A stretch of 44,198 nt of DNA from a virus (IMGVR_UViG_3300024331_000257:1-44198); one strand, 5' to 3'. Shown: positions 8,748 to 18,766, counted from the stretch's first letter. Notes: generated from the sequence alone by a model not told the origin. Numbers and translations: made by a program.

Positions 8748-10913
8748 CTACCGGATGGGCACCGCCGTGGACGCGCTCACTTGATTGCCGCTGAGCGAGC
8801 CGAGGAGGCGCTGGTACTCGGCGCCGCCCTCGATGCTGATGTGGTTCAGCTCGCCCCCGATGAAGACGTCGTAGAAGACCTGCAGGACGCCCGCTTCGAT
8901 CACGGAGGCGGGATCCGGGAGCTTCCAGGGGCCGCGCGCGACGCCGAAGTCGTCGACGCCGGCGACAAGCGCCCCAAGGCTCGTATAGAGCCCGAGGAGC
9001 TGCACCATTTCACCGATCACCGTCGGGTTCGTCTGCCCGTTCACCCAGCGTCCGCGGTACTTGAGGAAGCGCGCGCGGACGTCGGAGTCGAGGTTGTCGA
9101 GCGTGTCGATCTCGGAGACGATGCGGGCCATGCGATGATCCGGATCGCGGCTCGTGGTCACGTGCAACGCGACCTTGACCAGGCCCTCCTCGACCTTCAC
9201 GACCGTCACGCCGCCATCGATGAGCGATTCGCGGGTCAGCAGGTCGAACATGTCCTCCGGGTGAATGCCGGTGAACCGCAGGATCTTGTTCGTGAGCGGG
9301 TTCTGGTACGGCCGGTTGCCGGCGGCGCCGCCGGCCAATGCCGCTGCGAGGAAGATCGGATCCAGGTAGGTGATCTGCCCGTCCGAGCCGAAGACACCGC
9401 AGCGCTGGGAATGCAGGCGGACGCGGGAATGGTCGAGCGCCGCGGAGATCTCCAGGACCTCGTCCGCCGTGAGTCCCGGCTGCGTGCCGCAGTAGGCGCG
9501 GAACCACTTGCCGGCCGAGCGCTGCTCGATGATGAATTCGGTGATCATCACCATGATGGACGGATCGTCGGTGTCGGCCAGGATGATGCCGCCCTTCTCG
9601 ATGTTGGCGTCGAGGGCGTTGAGCGCGTTTTCCCAGTCGTCGATGGTCACGATCGGCGTCGCGCCGCCGGTGAAATAGACGAAGGTCGGCTGGCCGACGC
9701 CGTCGACGTCGTTGTCGGGGATCCCGCGGACGGCAATCGTCATGGTGTAGTTGCCGCGGGTGCTGTGCTTCACGAAATCGGCGATCGCCTCCATGTAGGC
9801 GGTGAGCACTACGGTGGCGGTCTTCACATCGATCCCGGCGACGACGTCGAGGCCGCTGGAGGCCATCGACTTGTTCGCGGTCGAATGGACCTTGGCCGTG
9901 TAGCCGACCTGGTTGTTGATGAAGGCGGCGAGCTGGGAGATCGATTTATAGCTCTGCGAGGTCAGCGGAACGGTCAGGTCCGTCGTCCCGTCGGTTTGGT
10001 CGCCGGCGAGCACTATGCGGAGTGAGGCGGCGTCGCCGGCGGCGGCGACAGTAAAGGTGACGCCCACGATGAGGTTCAACACCAGGCCGTCGTCGGGGGC
10101 CGCGAGAGTCACGGTGGCACTCCCCGTGTCGATCGAGGCGGTCACGCCGACGGCGTTGGCGTTGATCGCATCGGCGAGCGCCGTGAAGGTCGCGTTGGCT
10201 GTGGCGCCGATGCTCACGAGGACGCTGCCCGGGCTGACATTGGCGTCGTTGTCGAATTCGTAGACCTGACCGTTGACCGACAGCTTGTCGGCGTCGCTCG
10301 GCTGGTCGAGGTAGGAGACGATGCCGCCATGGCGGCGAATGGTCAGCGTCGCGGTGCTGGCGTTGCCGATGCCGTTGGCGCCGTACCGGATGTCGAGCGC
10401 CGGGCCCAGGTTGTCGCGGGAAAAGACGCGCCCGGCAGAATCGTCGCGCAGCGTTAGCTTCTTCGAGTTGGGAAGTGTCCCTGCCTCGATCTTGCGGCGC
10501 GCGCGCCGGGTCTGTGAGCCATAGTCAGCGGTGGTGATGGTTCCCAGGATCACGTCGGCTTGTTTGACGTCGACGATGCTGGGGGTGGCCGCATCGATCC
10601 GACAGGTGAGGATGTCAGCGGCGCCGAACATGTCCTGCTCGCCGATGCCGAGCTTCGACATGCGGGCAAGCGCGACGCCCTGGTCACCGGTGCGGTCCGG
10701 ATCGCAGTAATTGGTGAGCGCCGTGAGTGTCCGGAAGCGGTTGACCGCGAGCGGCGTGCCCGAGCGGAAGGCGGACAGGATGATCAGGTCGTTGACCGGG
10801 TCGGAGCGGACGGGTTCGGTGTCCTGCAGCCGGATGATGCCGGTGACGGAAGGCTCGATGTGCCCGAAGCCGAAAACGTCTACGAAACGAAGAGGGGATA
10901 CAGCCAGACTCAT
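8748..10913 (-). CDS. Contractile tail sheath protein
   Basis: ~720 aa with sheath-like C-terminus (AAALAG...PLTNK...LIDGGVTVV...ISEIDTLD-like...YDVFIGGELNHI); likely start at MSLAVSP. Confidence 0.9.
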   Translation of the reverse strand: MSLAVSPLRFVDVFGFGHIEPSVTGIIRLQDTEPVRSDPVNDLIILSAFRSGTPLAVNRFRTLTALTNYCDPDRTGDQGVALARMSKLGIGEQDMFGAADILTCRIDAATPSIVDVKQADVILGTITTADYGSQTRRARRKIEAGTLPNSKKLTLRDDSAGRVFSRDNLGPALDIRYGANGIGNASTATLTIRRHGGIVSYLDQPSDADKLSVNGQVYEFDNDANVSPGSVLVSIGATANATFTALADAINANAVGVTASIDTGSATVTLAAPDDGLVLNLIVGVTFTVAAAGDAASLRIVLAGDQTDGTTDLTVPLTSQSYKSISQLAAFINNQVGYTAKVHSTANKSMASSGLDVVAGIDVKTATVVLTAYMEAIADFVKHSTRGNYTMTIAVRGIPDNDVDGVGQPTFVYFTGGATPIVTIDDWENALNALDANIEKGGIILADTDDPSIMVMITEFIIEQRSAGKWFRAYCGTQPGLTADEVLEISAALDHSRVRLHSQRCGVFGSDGQITYLDPIFLAAALAGGAAGNRPYQNPLTNKILRFTGIHPEDMFDLLTRESLIDGGVTVVKVEEGLVKVALHVTTSRDPDHRMARIVSEIDTLDNLDSDVRARFLKYRGRWVNGQTNPTVIGEMVQLLGLYTSLGALVAGVDDFGVARGPWKLPDPASVIEAGVLQVFYDVFIGGELNHISIEGGAEYQRLLGSLSGNQVSASTAVPIR

Positions 10914-11116
10914 CAGCCTTTCCTTCTGCGGTCGGTCCGGGAGAACAGGTAGAACAGCGCGTTCCACTCCGACTCGCTGCGAAAATTGAAATCACCGACC
11001 TTGGTGCGCACGTGCACCAGAAACGCCCGCGCCATCTTGCGACTGAGGCCCTTGGCGGTCGTGAACTCCGCGAAGCTCAGGGGCTGCGGGCTAGGCGCCA
11101 AACTGGCTGTCTGCAT
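10913..11116 (-). CDS. Small hypothetical protein
   Basis: 67 aa; its stop is coupled to the sheath start. Confidence 0.55.
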   Translation of the reverse strand: MQTASLAPSPQPLSFAEFTTAKGLSRKMARAFLVHVRTKVGDFNFRSESEWNALFYLFSRTDRRRKG

Positions 11117-11738
11117 TTTGCGTCCCGGTGAAGCCGCTGATGTCGATGGCGGGTGCGCGCGTCGCGTCGAGCTGGTCGAGCTCGCCCACGAACTGCAGCA
11201 CGCGGCGAAAGATGTACCGGCCGGAGTCTTCGATGCGCTTCGGTTCGAGGTCGCGCCCGGAGAGGGTGAGGGAATGGCGGAAGACCCCGGCCAGAAAGGT
11301 CCACCGATTGGAGAGGAGCCACTTGCTGAGCTGATAGAGCCAACGCACCAGGTCGGGATTGTCTGCGTAGGTGACGATGCCGATGGTCTCGCGCCAGCGC
11401 TGGGCGTTCACGATCGCGTTCTCGCCAGTGGTGAGCTGCGCGCGAAAGCCGACGTTGCCAAGGTACTGCTGGCTGATCTCCTCCGGGTCGATCAGGATGG
11501 ACCAGCACGGCAATTTTTGTTGCTCGAGGAGCGGGTAGCCGCGGATGATCGGCACGCTGTTGGCCGCGAGCCACGTCTTGATCTGCGCGAGCTGCGGGCC
11601 GGGGACGTTGTGGTAGATGCGCGACAAGAGATCGTCGATCGAGTTGTCCGTGAAGGCCGCGTCGACGTCGGCAAGCCCATCGCCGAGCGTTACGGCGAGC
11701 ACGTCCTCGGGCAGGATCCAGCCGTAGTCGGCGCTCAT
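11091..11738 (-). CDS. Tail terminator/completion protein
   Basis: Position just before the sheath; IIRGYP..QQKLPCWSI...E...YLG and YIFRRVL patterns. Confidence 0.6.
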   Translation of the reverse strand: MSADYGWILPEDVLAVTLGDGLADVDAAFTDNSIDDLLSRIYHNVPGPQLAQIKTWLAANSVPIIRGYPLLEQQKLPCWSILIDPEEISQQYLGNVGFRAQLTTGENAIVNAQRWRETIGIVTYADNPDLVRWLYQLSKWLLSNRWTFLAGVFRHSLTLSGRDLEPKRIEDSGRYIFRRVLQFVGELDQLDATRAPAIDISGFTGTQNADSQFGA

Positions 11739-11995
11739 GACCGGGCCTCTCGGGGAAAGCCTGGGAAGACGTCCGCGGGCGCATCGGGATGCACGCGCAA
11801 TTGAACAGGGCCCGTGGTCGCACGTTTGGCGTAGCCAGGGCGTTGCGGATCACTCTCCGGGAGGCCATTCGCATCTCGGGGGATGTAGACGGCCGTCGCG
11901 GCATCGGTATCGACCGATTCTACGAGGTCGAGAACCCTGCCGTGGCAGTGGACGCGCAGGAAGAAGGCGCCCGGCATATCCGGGGTAATCTTCAT
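11735..11995 (-). CDS. Small hypothetical protein
   Basis: MKITPDMPGAFF...; ATGA overlaps at both ends. Confidence 0.55.
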   Translation of the reverse strand: MKITPDMPGAFFLRVHCHGRVLDLVESVDTDAATAVYIPRDANGLPESDPQRPGYAKRATTGPVQLRVHPDAPADVFPGFPREARS

Positions 11996-12789
11996 ACTGT
12001 GGCTTTCCCCGTCAGCGCGGCGCCCATCGCAACCGCCAGATCCTGCGCCGCGGCGCGGTCGAGGATGTCCTGGATCTTTGGCGCCGCCTGATCGAGCGCG
12101 CGATCCGCGAAGTTGAATGCCCGGGTGGGTGGGATGTACCAGCCCGGTGAATCCGGAGTGATCGTGCGGACCGTCGTGTACTGGCCCTGCGTCCCGCCTT
12201 TCGGCGTGTGGTGCGGACCCGAGAGGAAGAGGCCCTCGTACTGCGACGCCTTCCAGGTGTAGCCGGCGACGTCGATGAGATCGCGGGGGAAGTTGAACGC
12301 TGGGTAGCTCTGGAAGAAGACGTAGGTCTTGCTCTGCTTGTAGAGATCGCCAAAGCCTTTCAGGCGCTGCTTGAGCACGAGCCGGCGCGCCTTCGCGTAG
12401 ACCGCCGCTGGCATGCCGCCGGCGACGCCCGGCGTCCGGATCCGGAAGGGGACGCGGGCGTAGAGGCCGCCCTCCTTGTTCACCTTCCACTGGCCGCTGC
12501 CGACGCCCCAGCTCGCCGCCAGGTGAAACCCGGCGCGGCCGTGCTCGAGCCATTCGGCCTGCTTGCTGGTGTTGACGACGGCGACGACGTCGTGATCGCC
12601 GAGAAACGGGTAGCGGAGCGCATCGGCCGAGGTGAGCGCGGCGAGGTACTCGCCGCTCCGATCGTGGTCAGCCGCGAGCTCGCGCCACGCCGCGATGATG
12701 AGCTGCGGCACGGTCGTGCTGAGCGCCTCGCGCAGTGCCGGCGCCTCGACGTCGGGTGCCAGGTCTATGCGAAAGTCCCGCTGCGGCAT
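11992..12789 (-). CDS. Neck/tail-completion protein
   Basis: Starts MPQRDF. WLEHG..GF, YARVPFR and YTTVRTI....GWYIP motifs recall SPO1/Twort-like neck proteins. Confidence 0.6.
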   Translation of the reverse strand: MPQRDFRIDLAPDVEAPALREALSTTVPQLIIAAWRELAADHDRSGEYLAALTSADALRYPFLGDHDVVAVVNTSKQAEWLEHGRAGFHLAASWGVGSGQWKVNKEGGLYARVPFRIRTPGVAGGMPAAVYAKARRLVLKQRLKGFGDLYKQSKTYVFFQSYPAFNFPRDLIDVAGYTWKASQYEGLFLSGPHHTPKGGTQGQYTTVRTITPDSPGWYIPPTRAFNFADRALDQAAPKIQDILDRAAAQDLAVAMGAALTGKATV

Positions 12790-12790
12790 C

Positions 12791-13492
12791 TCAGCTCGCA
12801 CCGACCGCAGGCTGGCGGAAGAAATCGAGCCGCTGAGCCATGGTCTTGTAGGGCTGTTTGGTTGCGTGTTCGTCGCGGGACTGCGGGGACCAGATGACGT
12901 AATGGGGCCGCGCCCGATAGCGCACGGTGTATTGCACTCCCGTGGGTGGTCCGTGGCCGGCGTCGACCCACAGCACTGAGCCGTCGAGTCCAAGGGTGAA
13001 GTCGGTGCCCTCGACAAAGCGCGCGAGGTCGCCGCCCACGATGGCCGCGACCCAATCGACGCTGAGCACGATCGGCATGCGCAGGCGCTCGGTCGGTCGC
13101 CCGAGCTTGTCCGTGTCGCCGCGGATGTGACGCTCGTTGTTGACGGTGAGCTCGGCGACGGCGAACACGACCTGGTCGAGATGCCCGGGCGTGACGGTGC
13201 TGGGGAAGGTGATCCAGACCATGCCCTGCATGAACATGCCGGCTTCGTCGAAGACGTCGCGGCGATTGCGCCCAGGGGCGAGCAGCACCAGAGGAACGCC
13301 ATCATCCCAGAGGAGACCGCTGTACGGCTGGCAGAACGGGCACGTGACGTCAGGCGCGTTCGAATTGAGGTTCTGGCACGGGCAGACCAGCGCCCGCCGC
13401 CAGAGCACGGGCGTGCCGTGATCGGCGATGAGCGCGTCGAATTCCGCCGGATCGAAATGCTCCGCCAGCGCGGTCGTATCCTCGACAGCCAT
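12791..13492 (-). CDS. Head-tail connector/neck protein
   Basis: FDALIADHG..VLWRRALVCPC.......TCPFC motif, as recalled from SPO1/Twort-like neck proteins. Confidence 0.65.
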   Translation of the reverse strand: MAVEDTTALAEHFDPAEFDALIADHGTPVLWRRALVCPCQNLNSNAPDVTCPFCQPYSGLLWDDGVPLVLLAPGRNRRDVFDEAGMFMQGMVWITFPSTVTPGHLDQVVFAVAELTVNNERHIRGDTDKLGRPTERLRMPIVLSVDWVAAIVGGDLARFVEGTDFTLGLDGSVLWVDAGHGPPTGVQYTVRYRARPHYVIWSPQSRDEHATKQPYKTMAQRLDFFRQPAVGAS

Positions 13493-13493
13493 G

Positions 13494-14339
13494 TCATACG
13501 AAGGTGAACAGCGGCCCCTGCTCGTGATCGAGCCAGTTGTCGCGGATCTCCTGCTCGCGCTCGATTGCCAGTTGGATCTCCCCCGACATCGGCCCGTACC
13601 GCCCCGCGGCAAATCCGCGGCCCTGGCTGAGCCCGTCGAGGGATAAGTTCGAATTGGTGCGGCCCTGCGAGAGGATAGTGCCGAGCACACCGATCAGCAT
13701 CAGGAAGGCGCGCAGGCGCACGCCTTCGATCAGGTCCTGGTGGTGCGCCTCGATGACGCCCTCCTGGAAGCCCACGGTATAGTCGACGAAGATCGACTGC
13801 GGGATGTCGCGGCCGCCGGCGATCGAGCTCAGCACGTAGGCGTTGACGGAGAGGAGCGGCAAGAGCGGTCCGGTTGCCGGCACGATCTGCTGGCTGCCGA
13901 ACTGATAGTCCAGGCGGCGCCAGTCGCTCTGAATCGTCCAGCTCGCCCCGATCGCGGTGCCCGGGTACCAGAAGAACAGGTCCTCGACGGAAATGATGGG
14001 CCGGTAGCCGAGCTGGATGGCGGCCCAGCGGTTCCCGTTGAACATCTCGGACTCGTAGTCATAGGCCGGCTCGGTGAGGTCTTTCACCGGATCGAAGTCG
14101 GTGACCTTGACGCGCGGATCGTCGGCCTGGGCGCGCAGCTGCGCCGCGCTGATCACCCGCGTCGGCAGGAAGCGGATGTTGAGAGCGCGCTTGTAGAAAT
14201 CTTCCGCGGCCAGGATCTTCCGCGTGATCTCTTCGTCCGGATAGGGCGCCCGTTCACCGACAGCGCGCGTGAGTTTGCCGTACAGCTCGCTGCCCTTGAT
14301 GAAGTCGGGCGTAATCCCGAGGTCCGATTCCCGATCCAC
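13494..14339 (-). CDS. Head-tail adaptor protein
   Basis: YDY...RPIISV...IPQ...VDYTVGF...LSLDGLSQ pattern; position downstream of the capsid. Confidence 0.65.
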   Translation of the reverse strand: MDRESDLGITPDFIKGSELYGKLTRAVGERAPYPDEEITRKILAAEDFYKRALNIRFLPTRVISAAQLRAQADDPRVKVTDFDPVKDLTEPAYDYESEMFNGNRWAAIQLGYRPIISVEDLFFWYPGTAIGASWTIQSDWRRLDYQFGSQQIVPATGPLLPLLSVNAYVLSSIAGGRDIPQSIFVDYTVGFQEGVIEAHHQDLIEGVRLRAFLMLIGVLGTILSQGRTNSNLSLDGLSQGRGFAAGRYGPMSGEIQLAIEREQEIRDNWLDHEQGPLFTFV

Positions 14340-14348
14340 CGGGCCTCC

Positions 14349-14855
14349 TCACGGCCGATACGTGATGACCCAGAGTTCGCTTGAATGATCGCCGACGGGC
14401 GTCACGTCGCCGCCGCCGACCGTATAGTCGGTGGGCTCCTGGAGGAGCGTTTGCGTGGCCGGCGCGCCGCTCGAGGCGACGAAGGCGAGAATACTGGTCA
14501 CGGTCGAGACGTCCGCCAGTCCGAGCGGCGTCGCGTTGGTGGCCGGGATGCGCACCTGGCGCACGCCCAGCGCCGAGAGCTCCGCGCAGTCGGCCTGCTT
14601 ACAGGCCGGGCTGAAGCTATTGAGCAGCTGGCGGCGCCGCTCAGTCAGCGGCTTCCCGAGCGATTGCAGCGTCACGTTGATTGTCGGCGTCGCCGTAAAG
14701 GTCGGCGTATTAGTCGAGAGCGGTGTCGGGGTATCGGTTGGGGTGCTGCTCGGGGTCTGTGTCGGCGTGTCCGGCGTCGGCGTCACCGCGAACGCGGGCG
14801 CGCACAGACAGAAGAGGAGCACCAGGTGGAGGAGCCGCTGCGTCAGGCCACGCAT
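14349..14855 (-). CDS. Signal-peptide protein with Pro/Thr-repeat linker
   Basis: MRGLTQRLLHLVLLFCLCAPAFA followed by VTPTPDTPTQTPSSTPTDTPTP. Confidence 0.65.
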   Translation of the reverse strand: MRGLTQRLLHLVLLFCLCAPAFAVTPTPDTPTQTPSSTPTDTPTPLSTNTPTFTATPTINVTLQSLGKPLTERRRQLLNSFSPACKQADCAELSALGVRQVRIPATNATPLGLADVSTVTSILAFVASSGAPATQTLLQEPTDYTVGGGDVTPVGDHSSELWVITYRP

Positions 14856-15409
14856 TAGTCTTGTCCCTTCGCCGCAGTCACGCCGGCGGCCGCGGCCGCG
14901 CCCTCGCTGCCGATGGCAGTCACGCGCATGCCGGCTGCCTTCAGCTCGGCGTTTTCTTTCTTGAGCGCCTCGACCTCGCTGGCGAGCTGGTCGCCGCGGG
15001 CGCGCTCGGCCCGGAGGTCGGCGGACAGCGCCAGGTTGTTCCTGCGCGTGTCCTCGAGGTCCTGGCGAAGCCCGTTCAGCGCGGCCAGATCGACCGCGGC
15101 CGCTTCGGGCGACGGCGCCGGATGGTGCGCGGCCTCGATGGCATCATCGATCCGTTCGCTGTGCGTCTCTTCATCGAGGGCGCAGACCGCGTAGTCGCCG
15201 GTGCCGTGATTGATGAACCGGTTGACCTTTTCGGCGGGAATGCGCTCTGAGACATGGAACGACGCCCCGTCGTCCATGCGGACGGTGGCAAACTTCACGC
15301 CGTCGACCTCGGCCGGCAAGCCGGTGAGGTTGCAGACCACGCGTCCGGCCTTGGTCACTTCGCGCGCCTGGGCGGCCGCGGGTTTGTCGTTGGGGTCTTT
15401 CTTCGCCAT
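14855..15409 (-). CDS. Hypothetical head-module protein with coiled coil
   Basis: GGAGAAGGG RBS before MAKKDP; C-terminal coiled coil. Confidence 0.65.
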   Translation of the reverse strand: MAKKDPNDKPAAAQAREVTKAGRVVCNLTGLPAEVDGVKFATVRMDDGASFHVSERIPAEKVNRFINHGTGDYAVCALDEETHSERIDDAIEAAHHPAPSPEAAAVDLAALNGLRQDLEDTRRNNLALSADLRAERARGDQLASEVEALKKENAELKAAGMRVTAIGSEGAAAAAGVTAAKGQD

Positions 15410-15435
15410 CGTCGGTCCCTTCTCCAATGGGGGGT

Positions 15436-15472
15436 GCGCGCGGCGCCCGGATTCGGGGCGGGCGCCGCGCGC
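15436..15472 (-). promoter_or_regulatory. 14-bp GC stem-loop immediately 3' of the capsid gene
   Basis: GCGCGCGGCGCCCG-9nt-CGGGCGCCGCGCGC, a perfect inverted repeat with no U-tail; likely an mRNA stabiliser or pause site. Confidence 0.55.
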
Positions 15473-15493
15473 GCAAGTCATCGCCTCAGCGCA

Positions 15494-16954
15494 CTAGAAC
15501 GGCTGCCACGTGGCGGCGGACGGCAACACGTTGACGATCACCGTGTGTTGGTTCGGCTTGCCGACCCGCAGGGCCAGGAACAGCAGATGCGCCCAGGGGA
15601 TGACCGGGGTGTTCGAGGGATAGAGGGCAAACTTCGTCATCGGCAGGAGACGGCGGATGGTGATGGCGTCTTCTTCCTGCGTGAGGCAGAAGATCTTGCT
15701 CGTGCCCGGGACGTTCTGGTTCAGGTCGAGATAGGTGGTCGTGCCCCCGCCGTTCTTGGCGACGCGCACCATCTCGCGGAAATCGGTGTCCGCGTTGGTG
15801 CCGCTGCGGCGCGACCGGTAGACCTGGTAGTAGGTGGCGTTGCCGCCGACCGCTTCACCGATGGCGACGGACGCGCCGTCGCCGGCGGCGATCACGTGCG
15901 CGGTCGACTTGACGAAGGCGAGCGAGCGGCCGTTCTTGTTGCCGCCCTCGACGCCCCAATAGAACGTGCCGGCGTGCCCCGCCAGGAACTGGGATCCGGC
16001 GTTCGGGGCCACGGTGACCGTGATGCTGGCGGGCGTTTCCACGCCGGCCGCGGTGGCGATCGCCGCCAGGGCGTCGGAGCGGGTGTAGAACGGCGCGGCG
16101 CCCTCTTGGATGAAGACGTCGTCTTTGGCCGCGATGTTGCCCCAGCGGGTGACGATCTCCGCTACCGGCGCGCCGACCTTCAGGCCGCCTTGCGAGTCCT
16201 TGTTCAGGACGACGCGGAACGCCGGATCGAGCTTCTGGTCCAGGTCCGCCGCGACGAGGTTGCTCATGTAGGCGTCGGTCAGGCGGCCGAACGAGCCGTA
16301 GCTCGAGACCAACTGCGCGGACTGCACGAACTCCGCGGCGGCCGGGGTGACCGACTTGCCGCGCAGATCGATGACATGATCGGCGGGGGCCTGAGCGCGC
16401 AGGATGGTTTCGATCCCGTCGAACTCCTGCGGCGAGCTCGCCGCGTCGCCGTAGAAGATGCCCCACTCAGCCGAGGACAAGAGCTGCAGGATGGCGGTCT
16501 TCGTCTGGTTCGAGATCACGTCGACCACGCCCTTGGTGCTGGACTGCACAACCGACACCCGGCGCATGGTCATCAGGTACTTGATCTCGAGGATCCGGCG
16601 TTTGTAGTCCGCCTGGGCCTCGTTGATGGCGCCGACCTCGTCGTTGAACGAGTCGCCGAGGAAGCCCCCGACGGTGGTCTGCTGCACATACTCGTCGACC
16701 GTGGCGGTGGCATCCGACTTCGAGAGCGCGTTGAACGCCTTGAAGTGCTTGTTCTGCTGAATGGTGGCGAGCAGCGCGTGCTCGATCGACTGGAGTTGCA
16801 CCGCGCGGCCGCCGGTGAAGGTGGCGACGTCGCTGCCGTAGCCGGCGGTGACCGCCTTCGCGAACTCGCGGGCGTCTGTCCAAATGAAGCCGTCCAGCGC
16901 GCCGTTGGCGAGGTCGCCGAACGAGCCGCCCTGGAGGTCCTGACCGTAGAGCAT
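15494..16954 (-). CDS. Major capsid protein (SPO1/Twort-like)
   Basis: 486 aa. FAKAVTAGYG...GGRAVQLQSIE, EWGIFYGD....QEFDGI and VIDLRG motifs; AGGAG RBS. Confidence 0.92.
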   Translation of the reverse strand: MLYGQDLQGGSFGDLANGALDGFIWTDAREFAKAVTAGYGSDVATFTGGRAVQLQSIEHALLATIQQNKHFKAFNALSKSDATATVDEYVQQTTVGGFLGDSFNDEVGAINEAQADYKRRILEIKYLMTMRRVSVVQSSTKGVVDVISNQTKTAILQLLSSAEWGIFYGDAASSPQEFDGIETILRAQAPADHVIDLRGKSVTPAAAEFVQSAQLVSSYGSFGRLTDAYMSNLVAADLDQKLDPAFRVVLNKDSQGGLKVGAPVAEIVTRWGNIAAKDDVFIQEGAAPFYTRSDALAAIATAAGVETPASITVTVAPNAGSQFLAGHAGTFYWGVEGGNKNGRSLAFVKSTAHVIAAGDGASVAIGEAVGGNATYYQVYRSRRSGTNADTDFREMVRVAKNGGGTTTYLDLNQNVPGTSKIFCLTQEEDAITIRRLLPMTKFALYPSNTPVIPWAHLLFLALRVGKPNQHTVIVNVLPSAATWQPF

Positions 16955-17002
16955 CGAATTCTCCTTCGGGATGAGGTCTGTGTGTGAGCGGGTGTCCGCG
17001 GG

Positions 17003-17845
17003 TTACTGCGTGACTGCGGCAACGGCCCGGGCGAGTTTCGCGCCGAAGCCCGGATCGATCTCCGTGATGGCCTCCGGCGTGGCACCGCTGTTGATCCAGG
17101 TCTCGGCCTTGATCAGGTCGTCGACCGAAATGAGCCCCTTGTCGGAGGCGACGTGCGCCTTCGCGAGGTACGTGGCGCGGTCGAACCCGCCGGCGTTTCC
17201 CTTGCCGCCCGCGTTGGGATCGGCCAACGACCGGTCCGTCACGGTGACGCGCGCGGTGCGCGAGCGTGGCCCCTGCGGGCGATCGCCCCATTCCTTCAAC
17301 GTGTCGGTGACGCTCTTCAGGACCAGGCGCTCGGCAACGGCGCGGGCGCTGTCGGCCTTGGCGACGATCGCCAGTTCCTTGCGGACCTGACGGAGTTCCT
17401 TCCCGATGGCCAGCACCATGCCCGAGAGCGCGTTGTGCGCCTTCAAGAGCAGCGCCAGCACGGGCAGCGCGTCGACCGGCTCGTTCGCGTCGGCCGCCGT
17501 TCCGTCTCCTTCGCCCGTCACGCCCTTCAGCAACGCGGCGATGCGCTCCTCGGTGAGCCCGTCAGGGTTCTTCTCGGGATCGAGGTCGGCAGGCAGGGCA
17601 GTGTTGGCCTTGGCGAGATCGCCGAGGGCCTTCAATGCGTCGTCGAGCTCCCGGGCCGCGGCGTCGCTCTTCACAAGCACCTCGCCGCACTCGGCGCAGT
17701 GCTTGCCGGTGCCCTCGGTCTGACAGCCCGAGCAGACCGCCTTCTCGAGGCCGTCGTGCTTCTCTTCCTCGGCGGCGGCGCCGCACTCGGCGCAGAACTT
17801 GTGGCCCTTGGTCATCTCGTGGGGCGTTTGACCTTTGCACTTCAT
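17003..17845 (-). CDS. Putative scaffold protein with N-terminal zinc ribbons
   Basis: Between protease and capsid. FCAECG, CSGC and HCAECG motifs, a helical body and about 10 (L/V/A)xK(A/S/G) motifs. Confidence 0.65.
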   Translation of the reverse strand: MKCKGQTPHEMTKGHKFCAECGAAAEEEKHDGLEKAVCSGCQTEGTGKHCAECGEVLVKSDAAARELDDALKALGDLAKANTALPADLDPEKNPDGLTEERIAALLKGVTGEGDGTAADANEPVDALPVLALLLKAHNALSGMVLAIGKELRQVRKELAIVAKADSARAVAERLVLKSVTDTLKEWGDRPQGPRSRTARVTVTDRSLADPNAGGKGNAGGFDRATYLAKAHVASDKGLISVDDLIKAETWINSGATPEAITEIDPGFGAKLARAVAAVTQ

Positions 17846-17869
17846 GGGGAAGTTCCTTTCGGGCCGCGG

Positions 17870-18754
17870 CTACGCGGCCATCTTCGATTCGGTAGTGGTG
17901 CGGTGCGCGATCTGGCGGATGAGACGCGTGGCATAGGCGCGCGCCTCTCTCGGGTCGGCGCCTTCGCACTCGCGAAAGTGGGCAACGATCTTGTCGAGGC
18001 TCGGCGCGCCGGCGGTGTGTTCACAGCCGCCGCCCGCGCCCTTCTGGAGCGCCCGCAGGTAGCGCGCGGCCGCGCCGGCGTAGCGCGCATCGCCCTGGGT
18101 TTCTTTCAGGACGTGGCCGCGTTCGATGCTCTGAAGCTGCGTGGCCTGGCCGCCGGCGAGCTGCGCGACGTCGGTCGTGTAGCCAGCGGTCACCGCCTTC
18201 GCGAAGGTGGCCAGCGGCATCAGCGACACCGCTTTCACGGTGGTGTTCACCGGTTCCTTCGCCAGTCCGATATTGGTCCAGACGACGCGATCGACCGTGC
18301 AACCGTCCGGGCCGCAGGCCTTCTTCAACGTGCGGCCACCCACCGAGGGGTACCAGCGGCGCGGCGGCCGGGACTTGGTGATCGAGTCCCAAAAGAAGTT
18401 GGCGGCGTCGTTGAGCTGTCCCTCGCCGCGGTAGACGGCGCACTTCACGACAATCGCCGGCTCGGTGACCGCCTCGATCGGATGGCCGATCTCCATTGCC
18501 TTCGCCTCGAGGGGCGACAGGCCGAAGCGGGGGCCGAGGAGGCTCAGGTGCTCGAGGTCGAGGTTGCCGGTCTTCAGGAAGTCGGGCAGGGCGGCCAACA
18601 GCGCAGCGCGCCGGACGACCTCGCGCTGGTTATCGCGATTCTCGTTCGACGGCTCGCAGTAGACGAAGCGGTCGTCACCCTCGGTGGCCGGCCGGGCTTT
18701 GAAAAACAGCTCGTCGACCTGGAAGGTTTCGAAGGGGGCGGTCTGTGGCGTCAA
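17870..18754 (-). CDS. Prohead protease
   Basis: S.E.RD.Q.E, GNLDLEH, IGHP, YPSVGG and IGLAKEPVN motifs of caudoviral prohead serine proteases. Confidence 0.85.
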   Translation of the reverse strand: MTPQTAPFETFQVDELFFKARPATEGDDRFVYCEPSNENRDNQREVVRRAALLAALPDFLKTGNLDLEHLSLLGPRFGLSPLEAKAMEIGHPIEAVTEPAIVVKCAVYRGEGQLNDAANFFWDSITKSRPPRRWYPSVGGRTLKKACGPDGCTVDRVVWTNIGLAKEPVNTTVKAVSLMPLATFAKAVTAGYTTDVAQLAGGQATQLQSIERGHVLKETQGDARYAGAAARYLRALQKGAGGGCEHTAGAPSLDKIVAHFRECEGADPREARAYATRLIRQIAHRTTTESKMAA

Positions 18755-18766
18755 TGCGTCATTCCC

